Assembly (NCBI GenBank): GCA_964016885.1
Contig: OZ024740.1
Coordinates: 260,338,001-260,402,000, forward strand
Reading direction: 5' to 3'
Source: Eledone cirrhosa
Taxonomy: Eukaryota
Length of the DNA stretch: 64,000 bases
Shown: one piece after another, positions 1 to 15,670 of the stretch
Layout: each line of letters starts with the position of its first letter
Numbering within the stretch: position 1 is the first letter of the stretch
Position numbers and translations under genes: made by a program
The notes under the pieces: model-generated
What the model was told of the DNA's origin: nothing
Databases searched by the model: none
The model's input: only the letters and a program-made list of their open reading frames with translations

Positions 1-1560
1 TCCACTTCCACCACAGCCACCATCACCATAACCACCACCAACACCACCACAGCCACCATCACCATAACCACCACCAACACCACCACAGCCACCATCACCA
101 TAACCACCACCACCACCACCACCACAACCACAATCACCATAAACACCACCAACACCACCACAGCCACCATCACCATAACCACCACCAACACCACCACAGC
201 CACCATCACCATAACCACCACCAACACCACCACAGCCACCATCACCATAACCACCACCACCACCACCACCACAGCCACCATCACCATAACCACCACCAAC
301 ACCACCACAGCCACCATCACCATAACCACCACCAACACCACTACAGCCACCATCACCATAACCACCACCAACACCACTACAGCCACCATCACCATAACCA
401 CCACCAACACCACCACAGCCACCATCACCATAACCACCACCAACACCACTACAGCCACCATCACCATAACCACCACCAACACCACTACAGCCACCATCAC
501 CATAACCACCACCAACACCACTACAGCCACCATCACCATAACCACCACCAACACCACTACAGCCACCATCACCATAACCACCACCAACACCACCACAGCC
601 ACCATCACTATAACCACCACCAACACCACCACAGCCACCATCACCATAACCACCACCAACACCACTACAGCCACCATCACCATAACCACCACCACCACCA
701 CCACAGCCACCATCACCATAACCACCACCACCAACACCACCACAGCCACCATCACCATAACCACCACCAACACCACCACAGCCACCATCACCATAACCAC
801 CACCACCAACACCACCACAGCCACCATCACCATAACCACCACCAACACCACCACAGCCACCATCACCATAACCACCACCAACACCACCACAGCCACCATC
901 ACCGTAACCACCACCACCAACACCACCACAGCCACCATCACCATAACCACCACCAACACCACCACAGTCACCATCACCATAACACCACCAACACCACTAC
1001 AGCCACCATCACCATAACCACTACCAACACCACCACAGCCACCATCACCATAACCACCACCAACACCACCACAGCCACCATCACCATAACCACCACCAAC
1101 ACCACTACAGCCACCATCACCATAACAACCACCAACACCACCACAGCCACCATCACCATAACCACCACCAACACCACCACAGCCACCATCACCATAACCA
1201 CCACCAACACCACTACAGCCACCATCACCATAACCACCACCAACACCACCACAGCCACCATCACCATAACCACCACCACCAACACCACCACAGCCACCAT
1301 CACCATAACCACCACCAACACCACCACAGCCACCATCACCATAACAACCACCAACACCACCACAGCCACCATCACCATAACCACCACCAACACCACCACA
1401 GCCACAATCACCATAACCACCACCAACACCACAACCTCCACCATAACACCACCACCAACAACAGCACTACAATCGCCACACACACCACTACTTCTCCCCA
1501 AGACCACCACCATCTCCTTTACCACCACAGCCACCACCACCAGAGCCACCATCACCACCT
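1..1560. repeat. 36-bp CA-rich minisatellite (caccaccacagccaccatcaccataaccaccaccaa), running off the window start
   Basis: Unit visible directly. The 12-aa period of the minus ORF (VAVVVLVVVMVM) equals 36 bp. Occasional +3 units and a 1-bp deletion near 981. Confidence 0.95.
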
Positions 1561-1836
1561 CATTCTTGTATGATGGTAGCATGATAGTAAAAGTCTTGGC
1601 AGTGTCTGTAACAAATGCCAGACCGTCAGTCTGTCTGCCTGTCAGTTTTTGACTACTCCTGACTTCAGCCAATTCCTAAAGTCAGTCAATTCATCAATGA
1701 CTATAGGATCGATTGTATTCTCTGATTGATTCCTTCCTGTTCCAATGAAAAGACATATCGTTATTGAGTGGCACCATTCTGTGAATGGGAAGAATATAAA
1801 CATGATGAAAGCAGATAGGTAGAAATAAATTAGCAG

Positions 1837-1925
<89 letters not shown>

Positions 1926-1959
1926 GACTACATCCAATTTCTCTTATGCCAAGTTTTTC

Positions 1960-2890
1960 TCTGTCTACTTATGTTATGTTGCCCATGTACACTAACATTA
2001 CACATCCATCAGAGCACACTCAACTCATTTCTTTCTAGCCTCTACAGGTTTTTGTAGTCATGGCCCATGTTTCACTGCCAGGTAGCATTGCAGTTCATAA
2101 ACAGGCATCATACACTCTACCATTCACTCTGAGAGAAAAACATTTTGTTGTTAAAAGCAGTAATAGATATCTGAACTTCTTCCAGCTTGTTCTTATCCTA
2201 GCTATCACACTTTCAATGCATCCTCATCCACTACTAATTTGATCCCCTCTGTAGCAAAAGCTGTCAACAACTTCTAGGGAGCTCCTCTGGCAGCTAAGGG
2301 AATCTATTTCATGTGTGCTCTTTGAGCTCAATTCTTCTGTGCATTTGCTGCATATAAAATCTATCTTTCCCATTAGCCTACCAACAATCCCACTACATCT
2401 CTTGTGTGTCCATAGTTTACATTGTGTGCATCTTATGGAATTTCTGCTCTCACCTTTCTGACATAGAACAAAGTCACTTTACTGATGGTATCCTCTGCTT
2501 GTCTTCTTTCCTACTTATAAGGTTTTTTGTCTTTGTTAAGTTTACTTTTAGGCCTTTCATCTGTAGGTCCCTACTCTCATGCTTGAAATTTTGCTTCTGA
2601 CTCTACTACAGATTTAGCAATGAACGCATAGGAGTTCCCTTGGAGTTTAAAGTCATCAGTGATGGCCTGAAGTAAACAGGAGTGGACCAAGGAATGATCC
2701 CTGGTGGACACCACATGCATTTTACATTCATCACTGCACTCATTACTCACTCTTACTCGGCTGGTTGTTCATCTACACATGGCCTACACAGCCTTCACAA
2801 TGCATTAGTTTACACTTAGCTTCCTAAAATGCCCATCAGATTATAAAGTATGAGACCCTGTCAAAAGCCTTCTCCAGATTGTTGACAATG
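1960..2890 (-). mobile_element. Degenerate RTE-clade LINE RT fragment
   Basis: Minus strand gives remnants LEKAFDRV and GVHQGS, broken by many stops and frameshifts. Confidence 0.65.
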
Positions 2891-2954
2891 TCCTACATAC
2901 ATATGAATATATATATATATGTATGTATGTGTGTGTGCTAGACATTTCTAATAA

Positions 2955-3284
2955 CAGTGCCACCCAGTTCCATACTGAAAACGTGGTTGGTGGTAGGAAT
3001 GACAGCCAGAAGTTGTAAAAACCCAGGCTAAACTTGATTTCACTATGAACAAGGCATGATGCAGCCAACTGACCAGACCTCCCTTATAATGGAACGACCC
3101 AACTCCCAAAATACAGTTCCTCTGTGAGGAGGGTATGATGTGGCCAACATGCTGGACCTTTATGGGACCACCCAGCTCCCAGAATATGGTTCCACGGTGA
3201 CCAGGGTAAGGTGTGGTCAACTGGCCTGACCTTCCTCATAACGGTGCCACCAACTCCACACCGTAAATGTGGTTAGTGTTAGGA
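2955..3284 (+). mobile_element. SINE-like module of the RTE-tail family, truncated where the 51-bp array starts
   Basis: Motif cacac(t/c)gtaaa.gtggtt.gtgttagga is shared with 21580-21610 and 52490-52520. Confidence 0.65.
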
Positions 3285-6200
3285 GACAATAACACTGCCA
3301 ATTTCACAGCAATGAACACTGACATCACAAAAGGAGAAGACAACACTGCCAATATCACAGCAATGAACACTGGCATCACAACAGGAGAAGACAACACTGC
3401 CAATTTCACAGCAATGAACACTGGCATCACAACAGGAGAAGACAACACTGCCAATTTCACAGCAATGAACACTGGCATCACAACAAGAGAAGACAACACT
3501 GCCAATTTCACAGCAATGAACACTGGCATCACAACAGGAGAAGACAACACTGCCAATTTCACAGCAATGAACACTGGCATCACAACAGGAGAAGACAACA
3601 CTGCCAATTTCACAGCAATGAACACTGGCATCACAACATGAGAAGACAACACTGCCAATTTCACAGCAATGAACACTGGCATCACAAAAGGAGAAGACAA
3701 CACTGCCAATATCACAGCAATGAATACTGGCATCACAACAGGAGAAGACAACACTGCCAATTTCACAGCAATGAATGCTGGCATCACAAAAGGAGAAGAC
3801 AACACTGCCAATTTCACAGTAATGAACACTGGCATCACAACAGGAGAAGTCAACACTGCCAATTTCACAGCAATGAACACTGGCATCACAACAGAAGAAG
3901 ACAACACTGCCAATTTCACAGCAATGAACACTGACATCTCAACAGGAGAAGACAACACTGCCAATTTCACAGCAATGAACACTGGCATCACAAAAGGAGA
4001 AGACAACACTGCCAATTTCACAGCAATGAACACTGGCATCACAACAGGAGAAGACAACACTGCCAATTTCACAGCAATGAACACTGGCATCACAACAAGA
4101 GAAGACAACACTGCCAATATCACAGCAATGAATACTGGCATCACAACAGGAGAAGACAACACTGCCAATTTCACAGCAATGAACACTGGCATCACAACAG
4201 GAGAAGACAACACTGCCAATTTCACAACAATGAACACTGACATCACAAAAGGAGAAGACAACACTGCCAATTTCACAGTAATAAACACTGGCATCACAAC
4301 AGGAGAAGTCAACACTGCCAATTTCACAGCAATGAACACTGGCATCACAAAAGGAGAAGACAACACTGCCAATATCACAGCAATGAATACTGGCATCACA
4401 ACAGGAGAAGACAACACTGCCAATTTCACAGCAATGAACACTGGCATCACAACAGGAGAAGACAACACTGCCAATTTCACAACAATGAACACTGACATCA
4501 CAAAAGGAGAAGACAACACTGCCAATTTCACAGTAATGAACACTGGCATCACAACAGGAGAAGTCAACACTGCCAATTTCACAGCAATGAACACTGGCAT
4601 CACAACAGAAGAAGACAACACTGCCAATTTCTCAGCAATGAACGCTGGCATCACAAAAGGAGAAGACAACACTGCCAATTTCACAGTAATGAACACTGGC
4701 ATCACAACAGGAGAAGTCAACACTGCCAATTTCACAGCAATGAACACTGGCATCACAACAGAAGAAGACAACACTGCCAATTTCACAGCAATGAACACTG
4801 ACATCTCAACAGGAGAAGACAACACTGCCAATTTCACAGCAATGAACACTGGCATCACAAAAGGAGAAGACAACACTGCCAATTTCACAGTAAGGAACAC
4901 TGGCATCACAACAGGAGAAGACAACACTGCCAATTTCACAGCAATGAACACTGGCATCACAACAAGAGAAGACAACACTGCCAATTTCACAGCAATGAAC
5001 ACTGGCATCACAACAGGAGAAGACAACACTGCCAATTTCACAGCAATGAACACTGGCATCACAACAGGAGAAGACAACACTGCCAATTTCACAGTAATGA
5101 ACACTGGCATCACAACAGAAGACAACACTGCCAATTTCACAGCAATGAACACTGGCATCACAACAGGAGAAGACAACACTGCCAATTTTACAGCAATGAA
5201 CACTGGCATCACAACAAGAGTAGACAACACTGCCAATTTCACAGCAATGAACACTGGCATCACAACAAAAGACAACACTGCCAATATCCCAGCAATGAAC
5301 ACTGGCATCACAAAAGGAGAAGACAACACTGCCAATTTCACAGCAATGAACACTGGCATCACAACAGGAGAAGACAACACTGCCAATTTCACAGCAATGA
5401 ACACTGGCATCACAACAAGAGAGGACAACATTGCCAATTTCACAGCAATGAACACTGGCATCACAACAGGAGAAGACAACACTGCCAATTTCACAGTAAT
5501 GAACACTGGCATCACAACAGGAGAAGACAACACTGCCAATTTCACAGCAATGAACACTGGCATCACAACAAGAGAAGACAACACTGCCAATTTCACAGTA
5601 ATGAATACTCGAATCACAACAGGAGAAGACAGCACTGCCAATTTCACAGTAATGAACACTGGAATCACAACAGGAGAAGACAACACTGCCAATTTCACAG
5701 CAATGAACACTGGCATCACAACATGAGATGACAACACTGCCAATTTCACAGCAATGAACACTGGCATCACAACAAGAGAAGACAACACTGCCAATTTCAC
5801 AGCAATCAACACTGGCATCACAACAAGAGAAGATAACACTGCCAATTTCACAGCAATGAACACTGGTATCACAAAAAGAGAAGACAACACTGACATTTTC
5901 ACAGCAATGAACACTGGCATCACAGCAGGAGAGGATAACACTGCCAATTTCACAGCAGTGAACACTGGCATCACAACAGGAGAAGACAACACTGCCAATT
6001 TCACAGCAATGAACACTGGCATCACAACAGGAGAAGACAACACTGCCAATTTCACAGCAATGAACACTGGCATCACAACAGGAGAAGACAACACTGCCAA
6101 TTTCACAGCAATGAACACTGACATCACAACAGAAGAAGACAACACTGCCAATTTCACAGCAATGAACACTGGCATCACAACAAGAGAAGACAACACTGCC

Positions 6201-9200
6201 AATTTCACAGCAATGAACACTGGCATCACAACAATGAGGACAACATTGCCAATTTCACAGCAATGAACACTGGCATCACAACAAGAGAAGACAATACTGC
6301 CAATTTCAAAGCAATGAACACTGGCATCATAACAAGAGAAGACAACACTGCCAATTTCACTGCAATGAACACTGGCATCACAACAGGAGAAGACAACACT
6401 GCCAATTTCACAACAATGAACACTGGCATCATAACAGGAGAAGACAACACTGCCAATTTCACAGCAATGAACACTGGCATCACAATAAGAGAAGACAACA
6501 CTGCCAATTTCACAACAATGAACACTGGCATCACAACAGGAGAAGACAACACTGCCAATTTCACAGCAATGAACACTGGCATCACAACAAGAGATGACAA
6601 CACTGCCAATTTCACAGCAATGAACACTGGCATCACAACAGGAGAAGACAACACTGCCAATTTCACAGCAGTGAACACTGGCATCACAACAAGAGAAGAC
6701 AACACTGCCAATTTCACAGCAATGAACACTGGCATCACAACAGGAGAAGACAACACTGCCAATTTCACAGCAATGAACACTGGGATCACAACAGGAGAAG
6801 ACAACACTGCCAATTTCACAGCAATGAACACTGGCATCACAACAAGAGAAGACAACACTGCCAATTTCACAGTAATGAATACTGGAATCACAACAAGAGA
6901 AGACAACACTGCCAATTTCACAGCAATGAACACTGGCATCACAAAAGGAGAAGACAACACTGCCAATTTCACAGCAATGAACACTGGCATCACAACAAGA
7001 GAAGACAACACTGCCAATTTCACAGTAATGAATACTCGAATCACAACAGGAGAAGACAACACTGCCAATTTCACAGTAATGAACACTGGAATCACAACAG
7101 GAGAAGAACACTGCCAATTTCACAGCAATGAACACTGGCATCACAAAAGGAGAAGACAACACTGCCAATTTCACAGCAATGAACACTGGAATCACAACAT
7201 GAGAAGACAACACTGCCAATTTCACAGCAATGAACACTGGAATCACAACAGGAGAAGACAACACTGCCAATTTCACAGTAAGGAACACTGGCATCACAAC
7301 AGGAGAAGACAACACTGCCAATTTCACAGCAATGAACACTGGCATCACAACAAGTGAAGACAACACTGCCAATTTCACAGCAATGAACACTAGCATCACA
7401 ACAGGAGAAGACAACACTGCCAATTTCACAGCAATGAACACTGGCATCACAACAGGAGAAGACAACACTGCCAATTTCACAGTAATGAACACTGGCATCA
7501 CAACAGAAGACAACACTGCCAATTTCACAGCAATGAACACTGGCATCACAACAGGAGAAGACAACACTGCCAATTTTACAGCAATGAACACTGGCATCAC
7601 AACAAGAGAAGACAACACTGCCAATTTCACAGCAATGAACACTGGCATCACAACAGGAGAAGACAACACTGCCAATATCCCAGCAATGAACACTGGCATC
7701 ACAAAAGGAGAAGACAACACTGCCAATTTCACAGCAATGAACACTGGCATCACAACAAGAGAAGACAACACTGCCAATTTCACAGCAATGAACACTGGCA
7801 TCACAACAAGAGAGGACAACATTGCCAATTTCACAGCAATGAACACTGGCATCACAACAGGAGAAGACAACACTGCCAATTTCACAGTAATGAACACTGG
7901 CATCACAACAGGAGAAGACAACACTGCCAATTTCACAGCAATGAACACTGGCATCACACCAAGAGAAGACAACACTGCCAATTTCACAGCAATGAACACT
8001 GGCATCACAACAAGAGAAGACAACACTGCTAATTTCCTAGCAATGAACACTGGCATCACAACAAGAGAAGATAACACTGCCAATTTCACAGCAATGAACA
8101 CTGTTATCACAAAAAGAGAAGACAACACTGCCAATTTCACAGCAATGAACACTGGCATCACAGCAGGAGAAGATAACACTGCCAATTTCACAGCAGTGAA
8201 CACTGGCATCACAACAGGAGAAGACAACACTGCCAATTTCACAGCAATGAACACTGGCATCACAACAAGAGAAGACAACACTGCCAATTTCACAGCAATG
8301 AACACTGGCATCACAACAGGAGAAGACAACACTGCCAATTTCACAGCAATGAACACTGGCATCACAACAGGAGAAGACAACACTGCCAATTTCACAGCAA
8401 TGAACACTGGCATCACAACAAGAGAGGACAACATTGCCAATTTCACAGCAATGAACACTGGCATCACAACAAGAGAAGACAATACTGCCAATTTCAAAGC
8501 AATGAACACTGGCATCACATCAGGAGAAGACAACACTGCCAATTTCACAGCAATGAACACTGGCATCACAACAGGAGAAGACAACACTGCCAATTTCACA
8601 GCAATGAACACTGGCATCACAAAAGGAGAAGACAACACTGCCAATTTCACAGCAATGAACACTGGCATCACAACAGAAGACAACACTGCCAATTTCACAG
8701 CAATGAACACTGGCATCACAAAAGGAGAAGACAACACTGCCAATTTCACAGCAATGAACACTGGCATCACAACAGGAGAAGACAACACTGCCAATTTCAC
8801 AGCAATGAACACTGGCATCACAACAGGAGAAGACAACACTGCCAATTTCACAGTAAGGAACACTGGCATCACAACAAGAGAAGACAACACTGCCAATTTC
8901 ACAGCAATGAACACTGGCATCACAACAGAAGAAGACAACACTGCCAATTTCACAGCAATGAACACTGGCATCACAAAAGGAGAAGACAACACTGCCAATT
9001 TCACAGCAATGAACACTGGCATCACAACAAGAGAAGACAACACTGCCAATTTCACAGTAATGAATACTCGAATCACAACAGGAGAAGACAACACTGCCAA
9101 TTTCACAGTAATGAACACTGGAATCACAACAGGAGAAGACAACACTGCCAATTTCACAGCAATGAACACTGGCATCACAACATGAGATGACAACACTGCC

Positions 9201-12200
9201 AATTTCACAGCAATGAACACTGGCATCACAACAAGAGAAGACAACACTGCCAATTTCACAGCAATGAACACTGGGATCACAACAGGAGAAGACAACACTG
9301 CCAATTTCACAGCAATGAACACTGGCATCACAACATGAGAAGACAACACTGCCAATTTCACAGCAATGAACACTGGCATCACATCAGGAGATGACAACAC
9401 TGCCAATTTCACAGCAATGAACACTGGCATCACAACAGGAGAAGACAACACTGCCAATTTCACAGCAATGAACACTGGGATCACAACAGGAGAAGACAAC
9501 ACTGCCAATTTCACAGCAATGAACACTGGCATCACAACAAGAGAAGACAACACTGCCAATTTCACAGTAATGAACACTGGAATCACAACATGAGAAGACA
9601 ACACTGCCAATTTCACAGTAAGGAACACTGGCATCACAACAGGAGAAGACAACACTGCCAATTTCACAGCAATGAACACTGGCATCACATCAGGAGATGA
9701 CAACACTGCCAATTTCACAGCAATGAACACTGGCATCACAACAGGAGAAGACAACACTGCCAATTTCACAGCAATGAACACTGGCATCACAACATGAGAA
9801 GACAACACTGCCAATGTCACAGCAATGAACACTGGCATCACAACAGGAGAAGACAACACTGCCAATTTTACAGCAATGAACACTGGCATCACAACAAGAG
9901 AAGACAACACTGCCAATTTCACAGCAATGAACACTGGCATCACAACAGGAGAAGACAACACTGCCAATATCCCAGCAATGAACACTGGCATCACAAAAGG
10001 AGAAGACAACACTGCCAATTTCACAGCAATGAACACTGGCATCACAACAAGAGAAGACAACACTGCCCATTTCACAGCAATGAACCCTGGCATCACAACA
10101 AGAGAGGACAACATTGCCAATTTCACAGCAATGAACACTGGCATCACAACAGGAGAAGACAACACTGCCAATTTCACAGTAATGAACACTGGCATCACAA
10201 CAGGAGAAGACAACACTGCCAATTTCACAGCAATGAACACTGGCATCACAACAAGAGAAGACAACACTGCCAATTTCACAGCAATGAACACTGGCATCAC
10301 AACAAGAGAAGACAACACTGCTAATTTCCTAGCAATGAACACTGGCATCACAACAAGAGAAGATAACACTGCCAATTTCACAGCAATGAACACTGGTATC
10401 ACAAAAAGAGAAGACAACACTGCCAATTTCACAGCAATGAACACTGGCATCACAGCAGGAGAAGACAACACTGCCAATTTCACAGCAATGAACACTGGGA
10501 TCACAGCAGGAGAAGATAACACTGCCAATTTCACAACAGTGAACACTGGCATCACAACAGGAGAAGACAACACTGCCAATTTCACAGCAATGAACACTGG
10601 GATCACAGCAGGAGAAGATAACACTGCCAATTTCACAGCAGTGAACACTGGCATCACAACAGGAGAAGACAACACTGCCAATTTCACAGCAATGAACACT
10701 GGCATCACAACAGGAGAAGACAACACTGCCAATATCAAAGCAATGAACACTGGCATCACAAAAGGAGAAGACAACACTGCCAATTTCACAGCAATGAACA
10801 CTGGCATCACAACAAGAGAAGACAACACTGCCAATTTCACAGCAATGAACACTGGCATCACAACAAGAGAGGACAACATTGCCAATTTCACAGCAATGAA
10901 CACTGGCATCACAACAAGAGAAGACAACACTGCCAATTTCACAGTAATGAACACTGGCATCACAACAAGAGAAGACAACACTGCCAATTTTACAGCAATG
11001 AACACTGGCATCACAACAAGAGAAGAGAACACTGCCAATTTCACAGCAATGAACACTGACATCACAACAGGAGAAGACAACACTGCCAATTTCACAGCAA
11101 TGAACACTGGCATCACAACAGGAGAAGACAACACTGCCAATTTCACAGCAATGAACACTGGCATCACAAAAGGAGAAGACAACACTGCCAATTTCACAGC
11201 AATGAACACTGGCATCATAACAAGAGAAGACAACACTGCCAATTTCACAGCAATGAACACTGGCATCACAACAGGAGAAGACAACACTGCCAATTTCACA
11301 GCAATGAACACTGGCATCACAACAGGAGAAGACAACACTGCCAATTTCACAGCAATGAACACTGGCATCACAACAGGAGAAGACAACACTGCCAATTTCA
11401 CAGCAATGAACACTGACATCACAACAGGAGAAGACAACACTGCCAATTTCACAGCAATGAACACTGGCATCACAACAGGAGAAGACAACACTGCCAATTT
11501 CACAGCAATGAACACTGGGATCACAACAGGAGAAGACAACACTGCCAATTTCACAGCAATGAACACTGGCATCACAACAAGAGAAGACAACACTGCCAAT
11601 TTCACAGTAATGAACACTGGAATCACAACATGAGAAGACAACACTGCCAATTTCACAGCAATGAACACTGGAATCACAACATGAGAAGACAACACTGCCA
11701 ATTTCACAGTAATGAACACTGGAATCACAACATGAGAAGACAACACTGCCAATTTCACAGCAATGAACACTGGAATCACAACATGAGAAGACAACACTGC
11801 CAATTTCACAGCAATGAACACTGGCATCACAACAAGAGAAGACAACACTGCCAATTTCACAGTAATGAAGACTGGAATCACAACATGAGAAGACAACACT
11901 GCCAATTTCACAGCAATGAACACTGGAATCACAACATGAGAAGACAACACTGCCAATTTCACAGTAATGAACACTGGAATCACAACATGAGAAGACAACA
12001 CTGCCAATTTCAAAGCAATGAACACTGGCATCACAACAAGAGAAGTCAACACTGCCAATATCCCAGCAATGAACACTGGCATCACAAAAGGAGAAGACAA
12101 CACTGCCAATTTCACAGCAATGAACACTGGCATCACAACATGAGAAGACAACACTGCCAATGTCACAGCAATGAACACTGGCATCACAACAGGAGAAGAC

Positions 12201-14317
12201 AACACTGCCAATTTTACAGCAATGAACACTGGCATCACAACAAGAGAAGACAACACTGCCAATTTCACAGCAATGAACACTGGCATCACAACAGGAGAAG
12301 ACAACACTGCCAATATCCCAGCAATGAACACTGGCATCACAAAAGGAGAAGACAACACTGCCAATTTCACAGCAATGAACACTGGCATCACAACAAGAGA
12401 AGACAACACTGCCCATTTCACAGCAATGAACCCTGGCATCACAACAAGAGAGGACAACATTGCCAATTTCACAGCAATGAACACTGGCATCACAACAGGA
12501 GAAGACAACACTGCCAATTTCACAGTAATGAACACTGGCATCACAACAGGAGAAGACAACACTGCCAATTTCACAGCAATGAACACTGGCATCACAACAA
12601 GAGAAGACAACACTGCCAATTTCACAGCAATGAACACTGGCATCACAACAAGAGAAGACAACACTGCTAATTTCCTAGCAATGAACACTGGCATCACAAC
12701 AAGAGAAGATAACACTGCCAATTTCACAGCAATGAACACTGGTATCACAAAAAGAGAAGACAACACTGCCAATTTCACAGCAATGAACACTGGCATCACA
12801 GCAGGAGAAGACAACACTGCCAATTTCACAGCAATGAACACTGGGATCACAGCAGGAGAAGATAACACTGCCAATTTCACAACAGTGAACACTGGCATCA
12901 CAACAGGAGAAGACAACACTGCCAATTTCACAGCAATGAACACTGGGATCACAGCAGGAGAAGATAACACTGCCAATTTCACAGCAGTGAACACTGGCAT
13001 CACAACAGGAGAAGACAACACTGCCAATTTCACAGCAATGAACACTGGCATCACAACAGGAGAAGACAACACTGCCAATATCAAAGCAATGAACACTGGC
13101 ATCACAAAAGGAGAAGACAACACTGCCAATTTCACAGCAATGAACACTGGCATCACAACAAGAGAAGACAACACTGCCAATTTCACAGCAATGAACACTG
13201 GCATCACAACAAGAGAGGACAACATTGCCAATTTCACAGCAATGAACACTGGCATCACAACAAGAGAAGACAACACTGCCAATTTCACAGTAATGAACAC
13301 TGGCATCACAACAAGAGAAGACAACACTGCCAATTTTACAGCAATGAACACTGGCATCACAACAAGAGAAGAGAACACTGCCAATTTCACAGCAATGAAC
13401 ACTGACATCACAACAGGAGAAGACAACACTGCCAATTTCACAGCAATGAACACTGGCATCACAACAGGAGAAGACAACACTGCCAATTTCACAGCAATGA
13501 ACACTGGCATCACAACAGAAGACAACACTGCTAATTTCACAGCAATGAACACTGACATCTCAACAGGAGAAGACAACACTGCCAATTTCACAGCAATGAA
13601 CACTGGCATCACAAAAGGAGAAGACAACACTGCCAATTTCACAGCAATGAACACTGGCATCATAACAAGAGAAGACAACACTGCCAATTTCACAGCAATG
13701 AACACTGGCATCACAACAGGAGAAGACAACACTGCCAATTTCACAGCAATGAACACTGGCATCACAACAGGAGAAGACAACACTGCCAATTTCACAGCAA
13801 TGAACACTGGCATCACAACAGGAGAAGACAACACTGCCAATTTCACAGCAATGAACACTGACATCACAACAGGAGAAGACAACACTGCCAATTTCACAGC
13901 AATGAACACTGGCATCACAACAGGAGAAGACAACACTGCCAATTTCACAGCAATGAACACTGGGATCACAACATGAGAAGACAACACTGCCAATTTCACA
14001 GCAATGAACACTGGAATCACAACATGAGAAGACAACACTGCCAATTTCACAGTAATGAACACTGGAATCACAACATGAGAAGACAACACTGCCAATTTCA
14101 CAGCAATGAACACTGGCATCACAACAAGAGAAGACAACACTGCCAATTTCACAGTAATGAAGACTGGAATCACAACATGAGAAGACAACACTGCCAATTT
14201 CACAGCAATGAACACTGGAATCACAACATGAGAAGACAACACTGCCAATTTCACAGTAATGAACACTGGAATCACAACATGAGAAGACAACACTGCCAAT
14301 TTCACAGCAATAAACAC
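3285..14317. repeat. ~11-kb minisatellite of ~216 x 51-bp units (aacactggcatcacaacaggagaagacaacactgccaatttcacagcaatg) with a higher-order duplication
   Basis: 17-aa period in the long ORFs on both strands. ORFs at 9825 and 12171 are offset by 2346 bp (46 units) and share diagnostic variants. Confidence 0.97.
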
Positions 14318-15311
14318 AAAATGTTTTCAAGATTTTACTTCTGCATGCACATTCATGTTTCGCAATATTTTGATCCACTCTGTATTAAATGTTTGCATGC
14401 ACACACACACAAACTTCTTTCATTTCGGGATATTGTAAGATTTTCTTGCGCAACTAGCTGAGGTAACAGAATAGCTTTACAGACTGCAACAGCATAGACT
14501 GAATGAGGCTTGCAAATTAAAACGAATGAGCAGACACATTCGCTACTTGCAATTGCATACAACACTGATAGCTTTACATCAATCTAGTCGCATATTCCCA
14601 AATCACTGCGGAATGCACTTTTCAATCTGTGTAGAGCAATCCATGGCTCCATAGAACTAAAGTCGACATAAATCTCGATCGCACACATATATTTTTTTTG
14701 AAGTTGTGTTCTGGCATTTTGCTATCTCTTTTATTGTCGATCAATGCTCCTGCATCGATCTGGCTGGGGAACTAACGTAGCAAAATGCCTTTGCACATAC
14801 TGACCTCTGAATGACATCTAGCTGTTATTTCTCTTTATCTCAGTTGGTGCCAGTTGTCTGCAGAGGCTGGCTAACTTGAGGTGAAATGAGATAAGTTTGT
14901 TTTCTTCAGACCATTCAACCTGGTTCCTCGAGAGACACACATCACTTTGGACCTGCTGAAGCAAGTAGCGAGATGTAGCACTTAGCAAAAATATTTTGGC
15001 TCTGTTGACAAGTGTCTGGCAGTAATTCTTCCATCAGCAATTCAACCACACACAGAATGATCTGCCTCTTCATGTAGACAACACAGAGGCCTTTTTTAAA
15101 CACTGTATTTATTCATTTGTGAGTGCTACCATCAAATTTTACATTTTTCTGATTTGAAGTAATCATATTCTCTTTTTCTTTTTACTGAAGTTAAGTAAAG
15201 TTTTTGTATTTTAACAACCACTAACTTCACTTCTTATATATATGTATATATATATATACACCACACACACATATACATACACACATACATATACACAACA
15301 CACACACACAC

Positions 15312-15386
<75 letters not shown>

Positions 15387-15403
15387 TATATATATATATA
15401 TAT

Positions 15404-15548
15404 ATAGGAATGAGTTGGACCCCGCCGGCTGAGCTCAAGCCGTTTCGATGGGTAATTCTGGACTAAAAATTTTTTTTTTTTTTTTCTATTCCAGAATTAG
15501 CCGTCGAAACGGCTTGAGCTCAGCCGTCGGGGTCCAACTCCTTCCTAT
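15404..15548. repeat. Fold-back (~65-bp arms) containing the 3' half of a hammerhead (GAAA-cggc..gccg-TC)
   Basis: ataggaatgagttggacccc... / ...ggggtccaactccttcctat. GAAA at 15506, stem III cggc/gccg, UC at 15527-28. Confidence 0.8.
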
Positions 15549-15624
15549 TACCCACTCTACTACCCTAAGTATTGAGTACTTTGGTGCGTTATGGTCCATC
15601 TGGTTTCTTACCACATTTCCTTCG

Positions 15625-15667
<43 letters not shown>

Positions 15668-15670
<3 letters not shown>

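Noticed and set aside
1-1672. Thr-rich mucin-like, His-rich or poly-Val ORF
   Set aside because: A by-product of the 36-bp repeat. There is a frameshift near 981 and no non-repetitive domain or splice evidence.
3285-14317. CRISPR-like array or selenoprotein (repeated in-frame TGA)
   Set aside because: No unique spacers and no cas genes. TGA replaces Gly/Arg codons rather than Cys, and I saw no SECIS.
14430-15100. Unique-looking segment, possibly an exon or old mariner remnant
   Set aside because: No sustained ORF or recognisable motif; too decayed to call by eye.
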